The translations under genes were made by a program, and so were the position numbers. Positions 1-8,291 of a DNA stretch of 64,000 nt are shown here, one piece after another. Source of the DNA: Planctomycetota bacterium (GTDB lineage: Bacteria; Planctomycetota; PUPC01; DSUN01). How positions within the stretch are numbered: position 1 is the first letter of the stretch; every line of letters starts with the position of its first letter. Below the pieces are notes generated by a model. It searched no databases and was not told where the DNA came from. It saw only the letters and a program-made list of their open reading frames with translations. The stretch is from contig DATKZY010000096.1 in assembly GCA_035527715.1 (NCBI GenBank), positions 4,350 to 68,349 on the forward strand, read 5' to 3'.

Positions 1-2
1 TG

Positions 3-290
3 TTCTACACGATCACCAGCACCACCCCCGACAAGCGCCGCGCGACCCGCCTCAGGAGCTTCGTCCTCGACCCTGCCTCGCGACCCGCCGTCGTGGACCA
101 CGGCGAGCTGACCGACCAGGACGGCCGCGCCTGCCACGGCATCTGGGGAATGGACGTCCGCGACGGACGCGTCTTCATGATCGGCCGCTGGCTCGCCAGG
201 CCGGGCGAGGAGAAGACCATCGGCGTGGACCGCCACGGCACCTTCTTCACCGTCATCTTCTCCGTCGCGGATGTTTCGGCGGACCGGTGA
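3..290 (+). CDS. C-terminal fragment of an upstream gene (partial, unknown function)
   Basis: Frame 3 is open from the window edge to TGA at 288-290. The translation (...ACHGIWGMDVRDGRVFMIGRWLARPGEEKTIGVDRHGTFFTVIFSVADVSADR*) has mixed, protein-like composition. The stop overlaps the start region of the next gene. Confidence 0.4.
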   Translation, partial: FYTITSTTPDKRRATRLRSFVLDPASRPAVVDHGELTDQDGRACHGIWGMDVRDGRVFMIGRWLARPGEEKTIGVDRHGTFFTVIFSVADVSADR

Positions 291-327
291 TCTCGGCACG
301 CGCGGAGGGTGCCTCGACGGGGCACGC

Positions 328-2919
328 ATGGACGATTCGAGGCGGACACTGAGCTTCAGGGCGGTGCTCATCGGCATCGTGGCGATGGTGGCGATGGGCA
401 TGTGGGTCCACTACCACGAGGTGATGGCCCCGCAGCCCAACATCCTGGCGGAGAACAACCCGCCCGCGAGCGCCGTGGGCGTCTTCCTCGGCGTGCTGCT
501 GATCGGCGCCCTCATCGCCAAGTTCCGCCGGACCCTTCGCCTCGCCACGGGCGAGCTGATCGTCGTCTACTCGATGCTCGTCATCGCCGCCCCCCTGATG
601 AGCCAGGGCATGTGGCACCGCTTCCTGGGGCTCGTCATCTCGATCCCCGAGCACCAGGAGAACATGCCGCTGGTGGACAGCTATTCCGACAAGCTCTGGC
701 CGCACGGCGAGCACCTGATCGCCGACCGCCGCTTCGCCGACGGCCTCGGGCCGGCGTGCGCGGCCGAGCCGGCTGGGCACGCAGGAAAACTATCTGTCAC
801 CGAATCTCCCGTGGGGGGAACCACGGGCATGCGCCTGAGGGCCGACGAGGGCGAGGAGACTCGTCTCCGCCTCCGCGTTCCTCGCCGCCGCGATGGCCGC
901 GAGCTGCTCGTGCCCGGCGAGCGCTACTATGCGACCGCGCTCTTCAGGCTCTCGGGCTTTCAGAGCCGCTCGGCGCTCACGATGGAGCTGGTGACCGACA
1001 CGGGGCAGCGGGCGCCCATCGTGACGCTGCGGCGCGACACGAATCGGGCATTCTCGCGGCCGGGGGCGTTCCAGCGGGCCGGCCAGCCCTATCTCACGAT
1101 GCCGCGCGACATCGCGGAGTTCGCCGACCTCGACTTCACGCTCAGCGGGCCGGGCGAGGCGATCATCACGGACGTGGTTTTCTTCAGCAACGAGGCGGTG
1201 GCGCGGCTGCGGAAGGGCGTGGCGGAGATCCGCGAGAGCGACCTGGCGAAGCTGCCCGAGAACGAGCGCGACTCGCTCCTCGTGCGGCCCGACAGCCTGG
1301 CCTCGCCCTCAGGCGTGGCCTACACGCTGAAGGGCTACATCCCCTACCGCCAGTGGCTCACGCCGCTCGTCTACTGGGGCAGCATCGTGATGGCGATGTT
1401 CCTCGGCCTCCTCGGCATCGGCGTCATCTTCCGCAAGCAGTGGTCGGAGAACGAACGCTTTTCGTTCCCAATGGTCGTCCTGCCCCGCATGCTGCTCGAC
1501 GAACGCGAGGAGGGGGGCCGCACGATCCGCCCCATCTGGCGCAAGGCCGCGTTCAAGGCAGGGATCATCGTGGCCCTCGCCTTCTGCCTGCTCCAGGGGC
1601 TGAACCACTACATCCCCGGCATGCCCAATCCCACGGTGGAGGTGGACCTGGCGCAGTACTTCTCGTCGCCTGAGATGAAGGCATTCGTCCGCGGCTTCGG
1701 CGGCGCGCAGTTCAAGATCATCCTGCTCTTCACCGCCATCGCGTTCTTCGTGGACCTCGATATGCTGCTGAGCATCATCCTGTTCTTCTGGCTCGCCAAG
1801 GTGCCGTTCTATTTCGGCGAGCTGTTCGGCTGGAAGACGATCAAGGGGCCGATGGACGACTTTCCGTTCCCGCACGAGCAGCACATCGGGGCGTTCCTGA
1901 GCCTGGCGCTCGTCGTGCTCTGGACCTCGCGCAAACACCTGGCAGGCGTGGGCCGCCGCATCCTGGGCCTGAAGGGCGGCGTGGACGACTCGGGCGAGGG
2001 GATGAGCTATCGCGCCGCGGCGCTGCTCATCGTCGGGGCGTTCGTGTTCTTCGGCGTGTGGGGCGCGATGTCGGGCCTGGGGGCCGGCTCGGCGCTCCTT
2101 TTTTTCGGGTTCCTCACCGTGTGCGGGTTGTCGGCCTCGCGGATACGCACGGAGTGCGGTGCGCCGGCGACGTATTTCACGCCCTACTTCCCCTACCTCA
2201 TCTTCTTCCTGCTCGGAGGGCTGTTCACGTTCGGGGCGCCGACGATGGTGCTGGCCTACGCGGCGGGCGGGTTCATGGCCGTCGCGCAGTTCCTCCTCTT
2301 CGCCCCGACGCAGGTCGAGATGCTCCACCTGGCTGACCAGCAGAAGGCCAGCCCGCGCGGCGTGCGCTGGGCGCTCATCGTGGGCGCGCTCGGCGGCGTG
2401 CTCATCGGCGGCTACGTGATGATGGTATGGGCCTACGGGAGGGGGGCCGACAACATTCCGTACATGAAGAACTGGGCGGCCGGCCAGAACTGGTATTTCA
2501 CCACGCTACGCAACGCCACGGCCGAGGCCGACGCCGAGGTAGTCGCGGCGGACAAGCAGGGCGAAAAGCCGAAGCCGCGGTACCCCACCGGGCCGCTCGT
2601 CGGCGTGGGCGTCGGCACGACCATCACGCTGCTCCTGGCGTTCTTGCGGACGCATTTCGTGGGCTTCTGGCTCCACCCGATCGGCTACATTCTGGCGAAC
2701 AGCTATTTCTGCTACATGTGCTGGGGATCGCTGCTCGCCGCGTGGCTCATCAAGTGGGTGGGCTTGAAGATCGGCGGCCCGCGAGCCGTCCGCGAGCAGA
2801 TGACGCCGTTCTTCGGCGGCATCTTCGTCGGATGCGTGGTCGGCATGCTGGTCTGGGATGTCGTCGCCCTCGTGGGCATGGCCCGGGGCGTGAGCGATGT
2901 GTTCACCTGTTTCCCATAG
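328..2919 (+). CDS. Polytopic integral membrane protein A (unknown function) with a roughly 250-aa soluble insertion; paralogous to protein C (8292-10319)
   Basis: Long ORF with many hydrophobic helices. The ATG at 328 (MDDSRRTLSFRAVLIGIVAMVAMGMWV) follows the upstream stop; the ORF-track start at 271 would overlap the previous CDS. The N-terminal region aligns with protein C (RLATGELIVVYSMLVIAAPLMSQGMWHRFLGLV vs RAMTREEMVILLMVASAMIGGSALIPGGPFGQLIWRQFLV). Confidence 0.7.
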   Translation: MDDSRRTLSFRAVLIGIVAMVAMGMWVHYHEVMAPQPNILAENNPPASAVGVFLGVLLIGALIAKFRRTLRLATGELIVVYSMLVIAAPLMSQGMWHRFLGLVISIPEHQENMPLVDSYSDKLWPHGEHLIADRRFADGLGPACAAEPAGHAGKLSVTESPVGGTTGMRLRADEGEETRLRLRVPRRRDGRELLVPGERYYATALFRLSGFQSRSALTMELVTDTGQRAPIVTLRRDTNRAFSRPGAFQRAGQPYLTMPRDIAEFADLDFTLSGPGEAIITDVVFFSNEAVARLRKGVAEIRESDLAKLPENERDSLLVRPDSLASPSGVAYTLKGYIPYRQWLTPLVYWGSIVMAMFLGLLGIGVIFRKQWSENERFSFPMVVLPRMLLDEREEGGRTIRPIWRKAAFKAGIIVALAFCLLQGLNHYIPGMPNPTVEVDLAQYFSSPEMKAFVRGFGGAQFKIILLFTAIAFFVDLDMLLSIILFFWLAKVPFYFGELFGWKTIKGPMDDFPFPHEQHIGAFLSLALVVLWTSRKHLAGVGRRILGLKGGVDDSGEGMSYRAAALLIVGAFVFFGVWGAMSGLGAGSALLFFGFLTVCGLSASRIRTECGAPATYFTPYFPYLIFFLLGGLFTFGAPTMVLAYAAGGFMAVAQFLLFAPTQVEMLHLADQQKASPRGVRWALIVGALGGVLIGGYVMMVWAYGRGADNIPYMKNWAAGQNWYFTTLRNATAEADAEVVAADKQGEKPKPRYPTGPLVGVGVGTTITLLLAFLRTHFVGFWLHPIGYILANSYFCYMCWGSLLAAWLIKWVGLKIGGPRAVREQMTPFFGGIFVGCVVGMLVWDVVALVGMARGVSDVFTCFP

Positions 2920-2924
2920 CCTGA

Positions 2925-2954
2925 CCTCCCGCAGGTTCCAATACCTGCGGGAGG
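2925..2954. promoter_or_regulatory. Intergenic hairpin (CCTCCCGCAGG-TTCCAATAC-CTGCGGGAGG)
   Basis: Perfect 10-11 bp inverted repeat lying between membrane protein A and protein B. Confidence 0.5.
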
Positions 2955-2989
2955 TTGGCGGGGACAGCGGGTGCCTTGTTCCGACATTA

Positions 2990-3021
2990 CCCTCCCGCGG
3001 GTATTGGAACCCGCGGGAGGG
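2990..3021. promoter_or_regulatory. Second intergenic hairpin (CCCTCCCGCGG-GTATTGGAA-CCCGCGGGAGGG); its loop is the reverse complement of the first hairpin's loop
   Basis: Same stem family as 2925-2954 in the opposite orientation, about 35 bp away, just upstream of the RBS-like GGGAGGGAATAGG and the ATG at 3034. Confidence 0.5.
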
Positions 3022-3033
3022 AATAGGTGAGCG

Positions 3034-6000
3034 ATGCGGAAGCTGTTGAGCAACGCGGCGCTGACGCTGGTCCTGGGCGGCCTGTGCATCGCTGCGCTGT
3101 TCGCGTTCAACCGTGCTGCCGCGCCGCAGCCGTGCATCCTGCCGCCCTCGGGCGTCGAGCCGCCCGACTACAAGGCCATCGCCGCCTCCGTGACCGAGGA
3201 GGGTCTCCTCAATGGCCTGCGATCGCTCTGCTCGGGGCCGAGCCGCTGCCCCGGTGTGCTCGTGAGGGACCCCCAGAATCCTGGCCCTGATGTGCCGGAG
3301 GATTGGCGCTGGACCGCCGAGGAGCGGTACGTCAAGCACACGCTCAGGGGGCTAGGCTTCGCCGTGTACCTCCAACCATTTGAGGTCACTGTTCCCAGAG
3401 GCGAGGCCACCATTGAATCGAGCGTGGAGCTGAAGGGCATAGAGATCCACCCCATGGAGCCCAACTGGTTTCGGACCGCGTGCACGCCGCATCTGGGGCT
3501 CACTGGCAAGGTGTTTAGGGGCGAGAAGGGGCTGGCACGCGAGTTCAGGGATGTTGATCTTCGCAGCAACTTCGTCCTCCTGCCGCTTGGCACACCGTGG
3601 ATTACTGTGGCGGGAATGGGCGCGGCTGCCGTACTCTACTACGACGACGGCAAACAGCTCGCGGGCGCGCGCTGGGGCGACCACGTGGACGCCTCGGTGA
3701 GTGTGCCCCGCTTCTTCGTGACGGGGGACGCGGCCAGCCTCGTGGGCAACACTGTCACAATCCGGTCGAAGGTGTGGTGGACGGAGTGGGGCGACCCTAA
3801 TCTCGTCGCGGTTCTGGACGTGCCGAATCCCGAAGGCGAGGCCGTTGTCGTGAACGCTTACTGCGACTCCTACAGCTACGTCCCCAACCTGGCTCCCGGG
3901 GCACAGCAGGCGTGTGGCGCGGCGGCGCTATTGTCCCTGGCGCGGCATCTATCAGACGAGAAGGGGCGCCTCAAGCGCTCCGTGATCCTCCTCGCCACAC
4001 AGGGCCACGGGCAGGGTCTTGCGGGCATCCGGGAGTTCTTCCGCGTTCTCGGCGCCCGCGAGCGCCGGGAGGAGGCGATCCGTGAGGCGGAGGCCGAGGA
4101 ACAAGAGACCCTCGTCGGCTATAGGCTGGCCAGAGACGTCGCAAAGGTGGCGATGGACGACGCCTATTGGACCGCGACGACACGAGAAACTGAGAATGCC
4201 TTTTGGGTGGGCAAGGATGACAGCGTGCGCCGCGCCTTCTACGATGTCCTCGCCGGCTTCGCGGACCGCGAGCTGATGGCGTCCGTCGAGGAAGTGACCC
4301 AACGGAGGGTGGATTGGGTCCGCGACAACCTGGCAGTGCGCGACACCGAGGGCAATGAGACAAACAGCTTTTCAGCCTACAATGAAGCGAGGAAGCGCCA
4401 ACTGGCGGCCCAGGCTGCCTTGGCCAGGCCCCCCTGGAGGCTGAAGGAGCAGTGGCTGAACCCCTTGGGGACGCCGGCTGACGAGACCCGGGATAGGCCG
4501 CAAGTGGTGAAGAACCTGATCTTCGACGCGGGGTGCAGAGCGGCGGAGGCAAGCCATCGCAACGACAAAGCCATAGCTCGCCGCAAGCTGGCCAGGGCCC
4601 TCGGCCGGTACCAGCGCCTCCTTTTCCTCGGCCTCGACCTCACGGCGCGGAGCGGGCGAATCGGGCTGGTGTGCGGCGAGCCGAAGCAGGTGTCGGCGTG
4701 CATGCCCGCCGATGCCGAGGTGGCCGCGCAGTTCCGCCTCGCCGCCGACCGGCTCCAGGCCGCCGACCCGTCGCTCGACTACGCGAAGACGAAGAAGGGG
4801 CAGCGCCGCTTCGCCAATCTGCTCCGCGGCAACGACACGAAAGACCTCGGCTTTGCGACCGAATGGTACGGCGCGCCGAGCTACTTCGAGTCGCTCGCCG
4901 CGCTCTGGGCGGGCTATCCCGCGTTCAGCCTCGTGACCCTCGACGACAACCGCGAGACCCTCGGCACGCCGTTCGACACGCTGGATGCGCTCCTGAAGCC
5001 CCCCGCATCGCCCGACGAGGAGCCGCCGCTGCGGAACCTGTGCGTCGTCACCCGCCTCGTGACCGCAGCGGTGAGCCAGCTCGCCCGCGGCCACGGCCGC
5101 ATCGTGCCCCTCGCACGCGGGAGCGACCTGACGACGATTCGCGGCGAGGTCGTGAGCCAGGTGGGCGACAGCCTGACGCCCAACCACCCGATGCCGGGGG
5201 CACTCGTCCGCTTCGGCCCCCCGCTCGTCTCGGGCAGGCCGACCGTCGTCCCGCCCGGCGTGGGCACCGACTGGGTGGTGACGGCCGACTGGCGAGGCCG
5301 CTTCGAGCTGCCGTGCGTCTGGCCCACCGCCCTGTCGCAGGACTGGGGGGCGGAGGTGGACATTGACGCCGCCGTGGTGCGGCCTGAGGATGGCGAAGTG
5401 ACCTGGACCCTCTCGACGCCGAAGAGCGGCGAGGGGGCGCCCTACGCCGTGCGACGCGTGCGGCTGGCGCAGTATCAGAAGAGCCAGGCCACGGCGGTCG
5501 TCTTCCGCGCGGCGCCCGTGCAGATGTTCCCGATGGCCGACCCCGCGACGCTGCGGCCCTACGCAGGCTTCGACTTCCTCGAGACGAAGAGCATGGCCCC
5601 GCCGCAGGACTTCAAGACCGAGTCGTCGGGTGGCACCCACGTCTGCTTCGTCCCGCCCGATTCGCGCCTCTACTTCACGTTCAAGAAGGGCCAGCGGCGG
5701 AACCCGAGCCTGATGGAGATACGGGCCTTCGCGCTGGGCGCCTCCGGCCCCGCCGACGGCTCGCAGCTCGAAGGCGCCCCCGAGATCACGGGCAACGGCT
5801 ACTTCGCCGCGGACAGCCCGAGCATCACGAACCTCGAGCTGGACGCCTCGCTGAGCATGGCCCAGGTCAACGCCCGCCGCACGCGGCTCCAGGACCGCTA
5901 CGGGATGGCGGACGACATGGTGCTGCGCTACAACGAGAAGGCGGAGGGCCTGGCGGACGAGGCGCAGAAGCTCGCCGCCGCCGGCCGCATGGTCGAGGCC

Positions 6001-8202
6001 AAGCGCCTCGCCTCCGAATCCCTCGCCTACAGCTCGAACATCCATCCCGTCATCCGCAAGAATGCGTCCGACGCGGTCGTCGGCATCCTGTTCTACCTCC
6101 TCCTGGCCGTCCCGTTCGCCCTCTTCGCCGAGAAGCTGCTCGTCGGCCACCCCGACCTGCGGGTGCAGGTGGCGGTCCAGGGCCTCATCTTCCTGCTGTT
6201 CTTCCTGGCGTTGCGGGCGGTGCACCCGGCGGTGCAGCTCGTCCGCAGCCCGTACGTGATCCTGCTGGGCTTCATCACGTTCGCCCTCGCCGCGATGGTC
6301 ACGGCGTTCCTCGGCGGGCGGTTCAAGAAGAACCTGGCGGAGTTGAGCCGCCGTCGCCAGGAGCGCGCCGAGGCGGCCGACGTGTCGCGCGCGGGCGCGG
6401 CGGCCACGGCGTTCGTCCTCGGGCTGTCGAACCTGCGCAAGCGCCCCGTCCGCACCGGCCTCACCATCGGCACCCTCATCCTCACGACGTTCGTCATGCT
6501 CTGCTTCGCGTCGTTCAGCTCGGACGTTGTTGACGTGGAGTTCGCGCTCGGCAAGGCGCCCTACACGGGCCTCCTGGTGCGGGACCGTGGCCTGAAGAAC
6601 GTAGCGGATGCCGCGGCGCCGCTCCGAGAACTCTACGGCGAGGACCACGTGATCGTCCAGCGCGACTGGGCTGGGAACCTCGAGATTCCCTGGGGGAAGG
6701 CGCCCGAGCTGGCCGCGTTCACCGTCGCGTCGGTGGCAGGCGAGAAGACGTTCGAGGCCACGGCGAACGCGATTCTCGGCCTCAGCCGCCGCGAGCCCGA
6801 CGTGACGCCGGTCAAGGGAGCCTTCGACGTGCTCGTCCGTTGGTTCGAATCGAACACCGAGCTGTCGTGCTTCCTGTCGCGGGCGATGGCCGACCAGTTG
6901 CGGGTGGCCGACGAGGCGGTGGAGAAGGGCACGGCGACGGCCAGCGTCGGCGGCCGCAGCTACACGGTGCTCGGCATCTTCGACGGGGCCCGGCTCGACC
7001 GGGTGACCGACCTCGACGGCCAGCCGCTCTTGCCCGTGGACATCTTGTCGGTCCGCAGCCCCGCGCAGGGCGCAGCGGCCTACAGCGAGGAGGCGACGGA
7101 AATCCCCGAGAACGTGCCTCGGCTCGCCGCCGACCGCGTGGTCATCACGCCGGTCGAGGCCATGCCCTCGCGGACCCTCACCGCCTCGGTCGCCGTGGCG
7201 TTCCAGGGCATGGACTACCGTGCGGCGCGGCAGGCGATCACCACGCACCTCGAGCGGTCCGCCGAGCCGACCTATTACGGCCTCGACGGCGTGGCCTTCT
7301 ACGGCGGCAAGTTCCGCATGCAGTCGCTCGAGGGCGTGCTCGACCTCATCCTCCCCATCATCATCGCGGCGCTCACGGTGCTGAACACCATGCGGGGCAG
7401 CGTTTACGAGCGGCGGGGCGAGCTGTACGTCTTCAACGCCGTGGGGCTTTCGCCGAACCACATTCGGTCGCTGTTCCTCGCCGAGGCATCGGTCTACGCC
7501 GTGGTGGGCGCGGTGGGCGGCTACCTGCTGGCACAGGGCGCGAGCACGGCCCTCAGGGCCGCCGGCCTCACGGCGGGGCTGGCGATGAACTACTCGAGCC
7601 TGTCCAGCGTGCTCGTGAGCGTGGTGATCATCCTGGTCGTGCTCGGCTCGAGCCTGTATCCCGCGCGAATGGCCGCGCGCCTCGCCGCCCCCGCCGAGAC
7701 GATGACCCGCCGCCGCGAGACCGCGGCGGGCGATGCCATCGAGCTGGATCTGCCTTTCACCTTCAACCGCCGCGACCGCGTGGCGATTGTGCCCTACTTT
7801 GTGGACTGGTTCGGGGACTACGGCGAGGGCTCGGCGGGCGAGTTCTTCTGCTCGCCGCCCGAGTGCGGCATTCGGGCCGACGAGGCGGGCCAGGCCGAGC
7901 CCTTCGTCGAGACGACCACCTGGCTCAAGCCCTACGACCTCGGCGTGAGCCAGGCGGTGAGCCTGGTTGTGCGGACGATACGCGGCGTGGGGACACGCCG
8001 CCCACAACAGACGGGCGACAACGTGGCCACGGTGGTGATGACGCGCAAGAGCGGCGACAAGGAGTCGTGGGAGCGCTGCTGCCACGCCTTCGTCGGCCTG
8101 CTCCGCAAGCGCTTCCTCACCTGGCGAGCCATCCCCGATGAGGAACGCGAACGCTTGCTCGAAAGGGGGAGGCGGATGTTGGAGGCTGGCCAAGACGCGT
8201 GA
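3034..8202 (+). CDS. Giant (1722 aa) MacB/FtsX-type ABC permease with a large periplasmic N-terminal region that includes a degenerate M28-like pseudo-peptidase domain
   Basis: N-terminal signal/TM (MRKLLSNAALTLVLGGLCIAALFAF). An M28-like stretch DSYSYVPNLAPGAQQACGAAALLSLARHL...ATQGHGQGLAG parallels the M28 motifs H-x-D, GADDNASG and EExGLxGS, but with DD->QQ and EE->GH. The C-terminal part has the FtsX/MacB signatures LRKRPVRTGLTIGTLILTTFVMLCFASFSS, a large periplasmic loop, and then MRGSVYERRGELYVFNAVGLSPNHIRSLFLAEASVYAVVGAVGGYLLAQG. Confidence 0.75.
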   Translation: MRKLLSNAALTLVLGGLCIAALFAFNRAAAPQPCILPPSGVEPPDYKAIAASVTEEGLLNGLRSLCSGPSRCPGVLVRDPQNPGPDVPEDWRWTAEERYVKHTLRGLGFAVYLQPFEVTVPRGEATIESSVELKGIEIHPMEPNWFRTACTPHLGLTGKVFRGEKGLAREFRDVDLRSNFVLLPLGTPWITVAGMGAAAVLYYDDGKQLAGARWGDHVDASVSVPRFFVTGDAASLVGNTVTIRSKVWWTEWGDPNLVAVLDVPNPEGEAVVVNAYCDSYSYVPNLAPGAQQACGAAALLSLARHLSDEKGRLKRSVILLATQGHGQGLAGIREFFRVLGARERREEAIREAEAEEQETLVGYRLARDVAKVAMDDAYWTATTRETENAFWVGKDDSVRRAFYDVLAGFADRELMASVEEVTQRRVDWVRDNLAVRDTEGNETNSFSAYNEARKRQLAAQAALARPPWRLKEQWLNPLGTPADETRDRPQVVKNLIFDAGCRAAEASHRNDKAIARRKLARALGRYQRLLFLGLDLTARSGRIGLVCGEPKQVSACMPADAEVAAQFRLAADRLQAADPSLDYAKTKKGQRRFANLLRGNDTKDLGFATEWYGAPSYFESLAALWAGYPAFSLVTLDDNRETLGTPFDTLDALLKPPASPDEEPPLRNLCVVTRLVTAAVSQLARGHGRIVPLARGSDLTTIRGEVVSQVGDSLTPNHPMPGALVRFGPPLVSGRPTVVPPGVGTDWVVTADWRGRFELPCVWPTALSQDWGAEVDIDAAVVRPEDGEVTWTLSTPKSGEGAPYAVRRVRLAQYQKSQATAVVFRAAPVQMFPMADPATLRPYAGFDFLETKSMAPPQDFKTESSGGTHVCFVPPDSRLYFTFKKGQRRNPSLMEIRAFALGASGPADGSQLEGAPEITGNGYFAADSPSITNLELDASLSMAQVNARRTRLQDRYGMADDMVLRYNEKAEGLADEAQKLAAAGRMVEAKRLASESLAYSSNIHPVIRKNASDAVVGILFYLLLAVPFALFAEKLLVGHPDLRVQVAVQGLIFLLFFLALRAVHPAVQLVRSPYVILLGFITFALAAMVTAFLGGRFKKNLAELSRRRQERAEAADVSRAGAAATAFVLGLSNLRKRPVRTGLTIGTLILTTFVMLCFASFSSDVVDVEFALGKAPYTGLLVRDRGLKNVADAAAPLRELYGEDHVIVQRDWAGNLEIPWGKAPELAAFTVASVAGEKTFEATANAILGLSRREPDVTPVKGAFDVLVRWFESNTELSCFLSRAMADQLRVADEAVEKGTATASVGGRSYTVLGIFDGARLDRVTDLDGQPLLPVDILSVRSPAQGAAAYSEEATEIPENVPRLAADRVVITPVEAMPSRTLTASVAVAFQGMDYRAARQAITTHLERSAEPTYYGLDGVAFYGGKFRMQSLEGVLDLILPIIIAALTVLNTMRGSVYERRGELYVFNAVGLSPNHIRSLFLAEASVYAVVGAVGGYLLAQGASTALRAAGLTAGLAMNYSSLSSVLVSVVIILVVLGSSLYPARMAARLAAPAETMTRRRETAAGDAIELDLPFTFNRRDRVAIVPYFVDWFGDYGEGSAGEFFCSPPECGIRADEAGQAEPFVETTTWLKPYDLGVSQAVSLVVRTIRGVGTRRPQQTGDNVATVVMTRKSGDKESWERCCHAFVGLLRKRFLTWRAIPDEERERLLERGRRMLEAGQDA

Positions 8203-8278
8203 CGCGTGACGCGTGATCAGAGAAGAACAGAACCGCGCTCTTCTGGTCACGGGTCACGCGTCACAGGTCACGCATCAG
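8197..8278. repeat. Long imperfect hairpin built on the GTGACGCGTGAC motif (arms GTGACGCGTGACGCGTGATCAGAGAAGA and TCTTCTGGTCACGGGTCACGCGTCAC)
   Basis: An inverted repeat of about 28 bp with a 12-nt loop, sitting exactly at the junction between the stop of gene B (8200-8202) and the start of gene C. Same family as 12262-12345 and 41905-41925. Confidence 0.6.
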
Positions 8279-8291
8279 ACGGGCGAACACA

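Noticed and set aside
309-1673. 454-aa plus-strand ORF in an alternative frame inside membrane protein A. Similar overlapping alternative-frame ORFs include 8402-9316, 9491-10444, 15403-16473, 16610-17788 and 22146-23255.
   Set aside because: The poly-Arg/Gly/Pro translations are characteristic of off-frame reading of high-GC3 genes. The overlapping frame carries recognisable domains.
4372-8250. 1292-aa minus-strand ORF antiparallel to giant gene B. Similar long opposite-strand ORFs include 8268-10481(-), 16431-17795(-), 18793-20823(-), 55691-57157(-), 57487-60546(-) upstream of 57819, 62309-63961(-), 39060-40628(+), 40676-41950(+) and 31678-33636(+).
   Set aside because: Their translations are Arg/Ala/Gly/Pro/His-rich, low-complexity and lack motifs. 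They mirror real genes on the other strand, which is typical shadow-ORF behaviour in 70% GC DNA. Only the 3' end of 57487-60546(-) is retained, as the small membrane protein 57487-57819.
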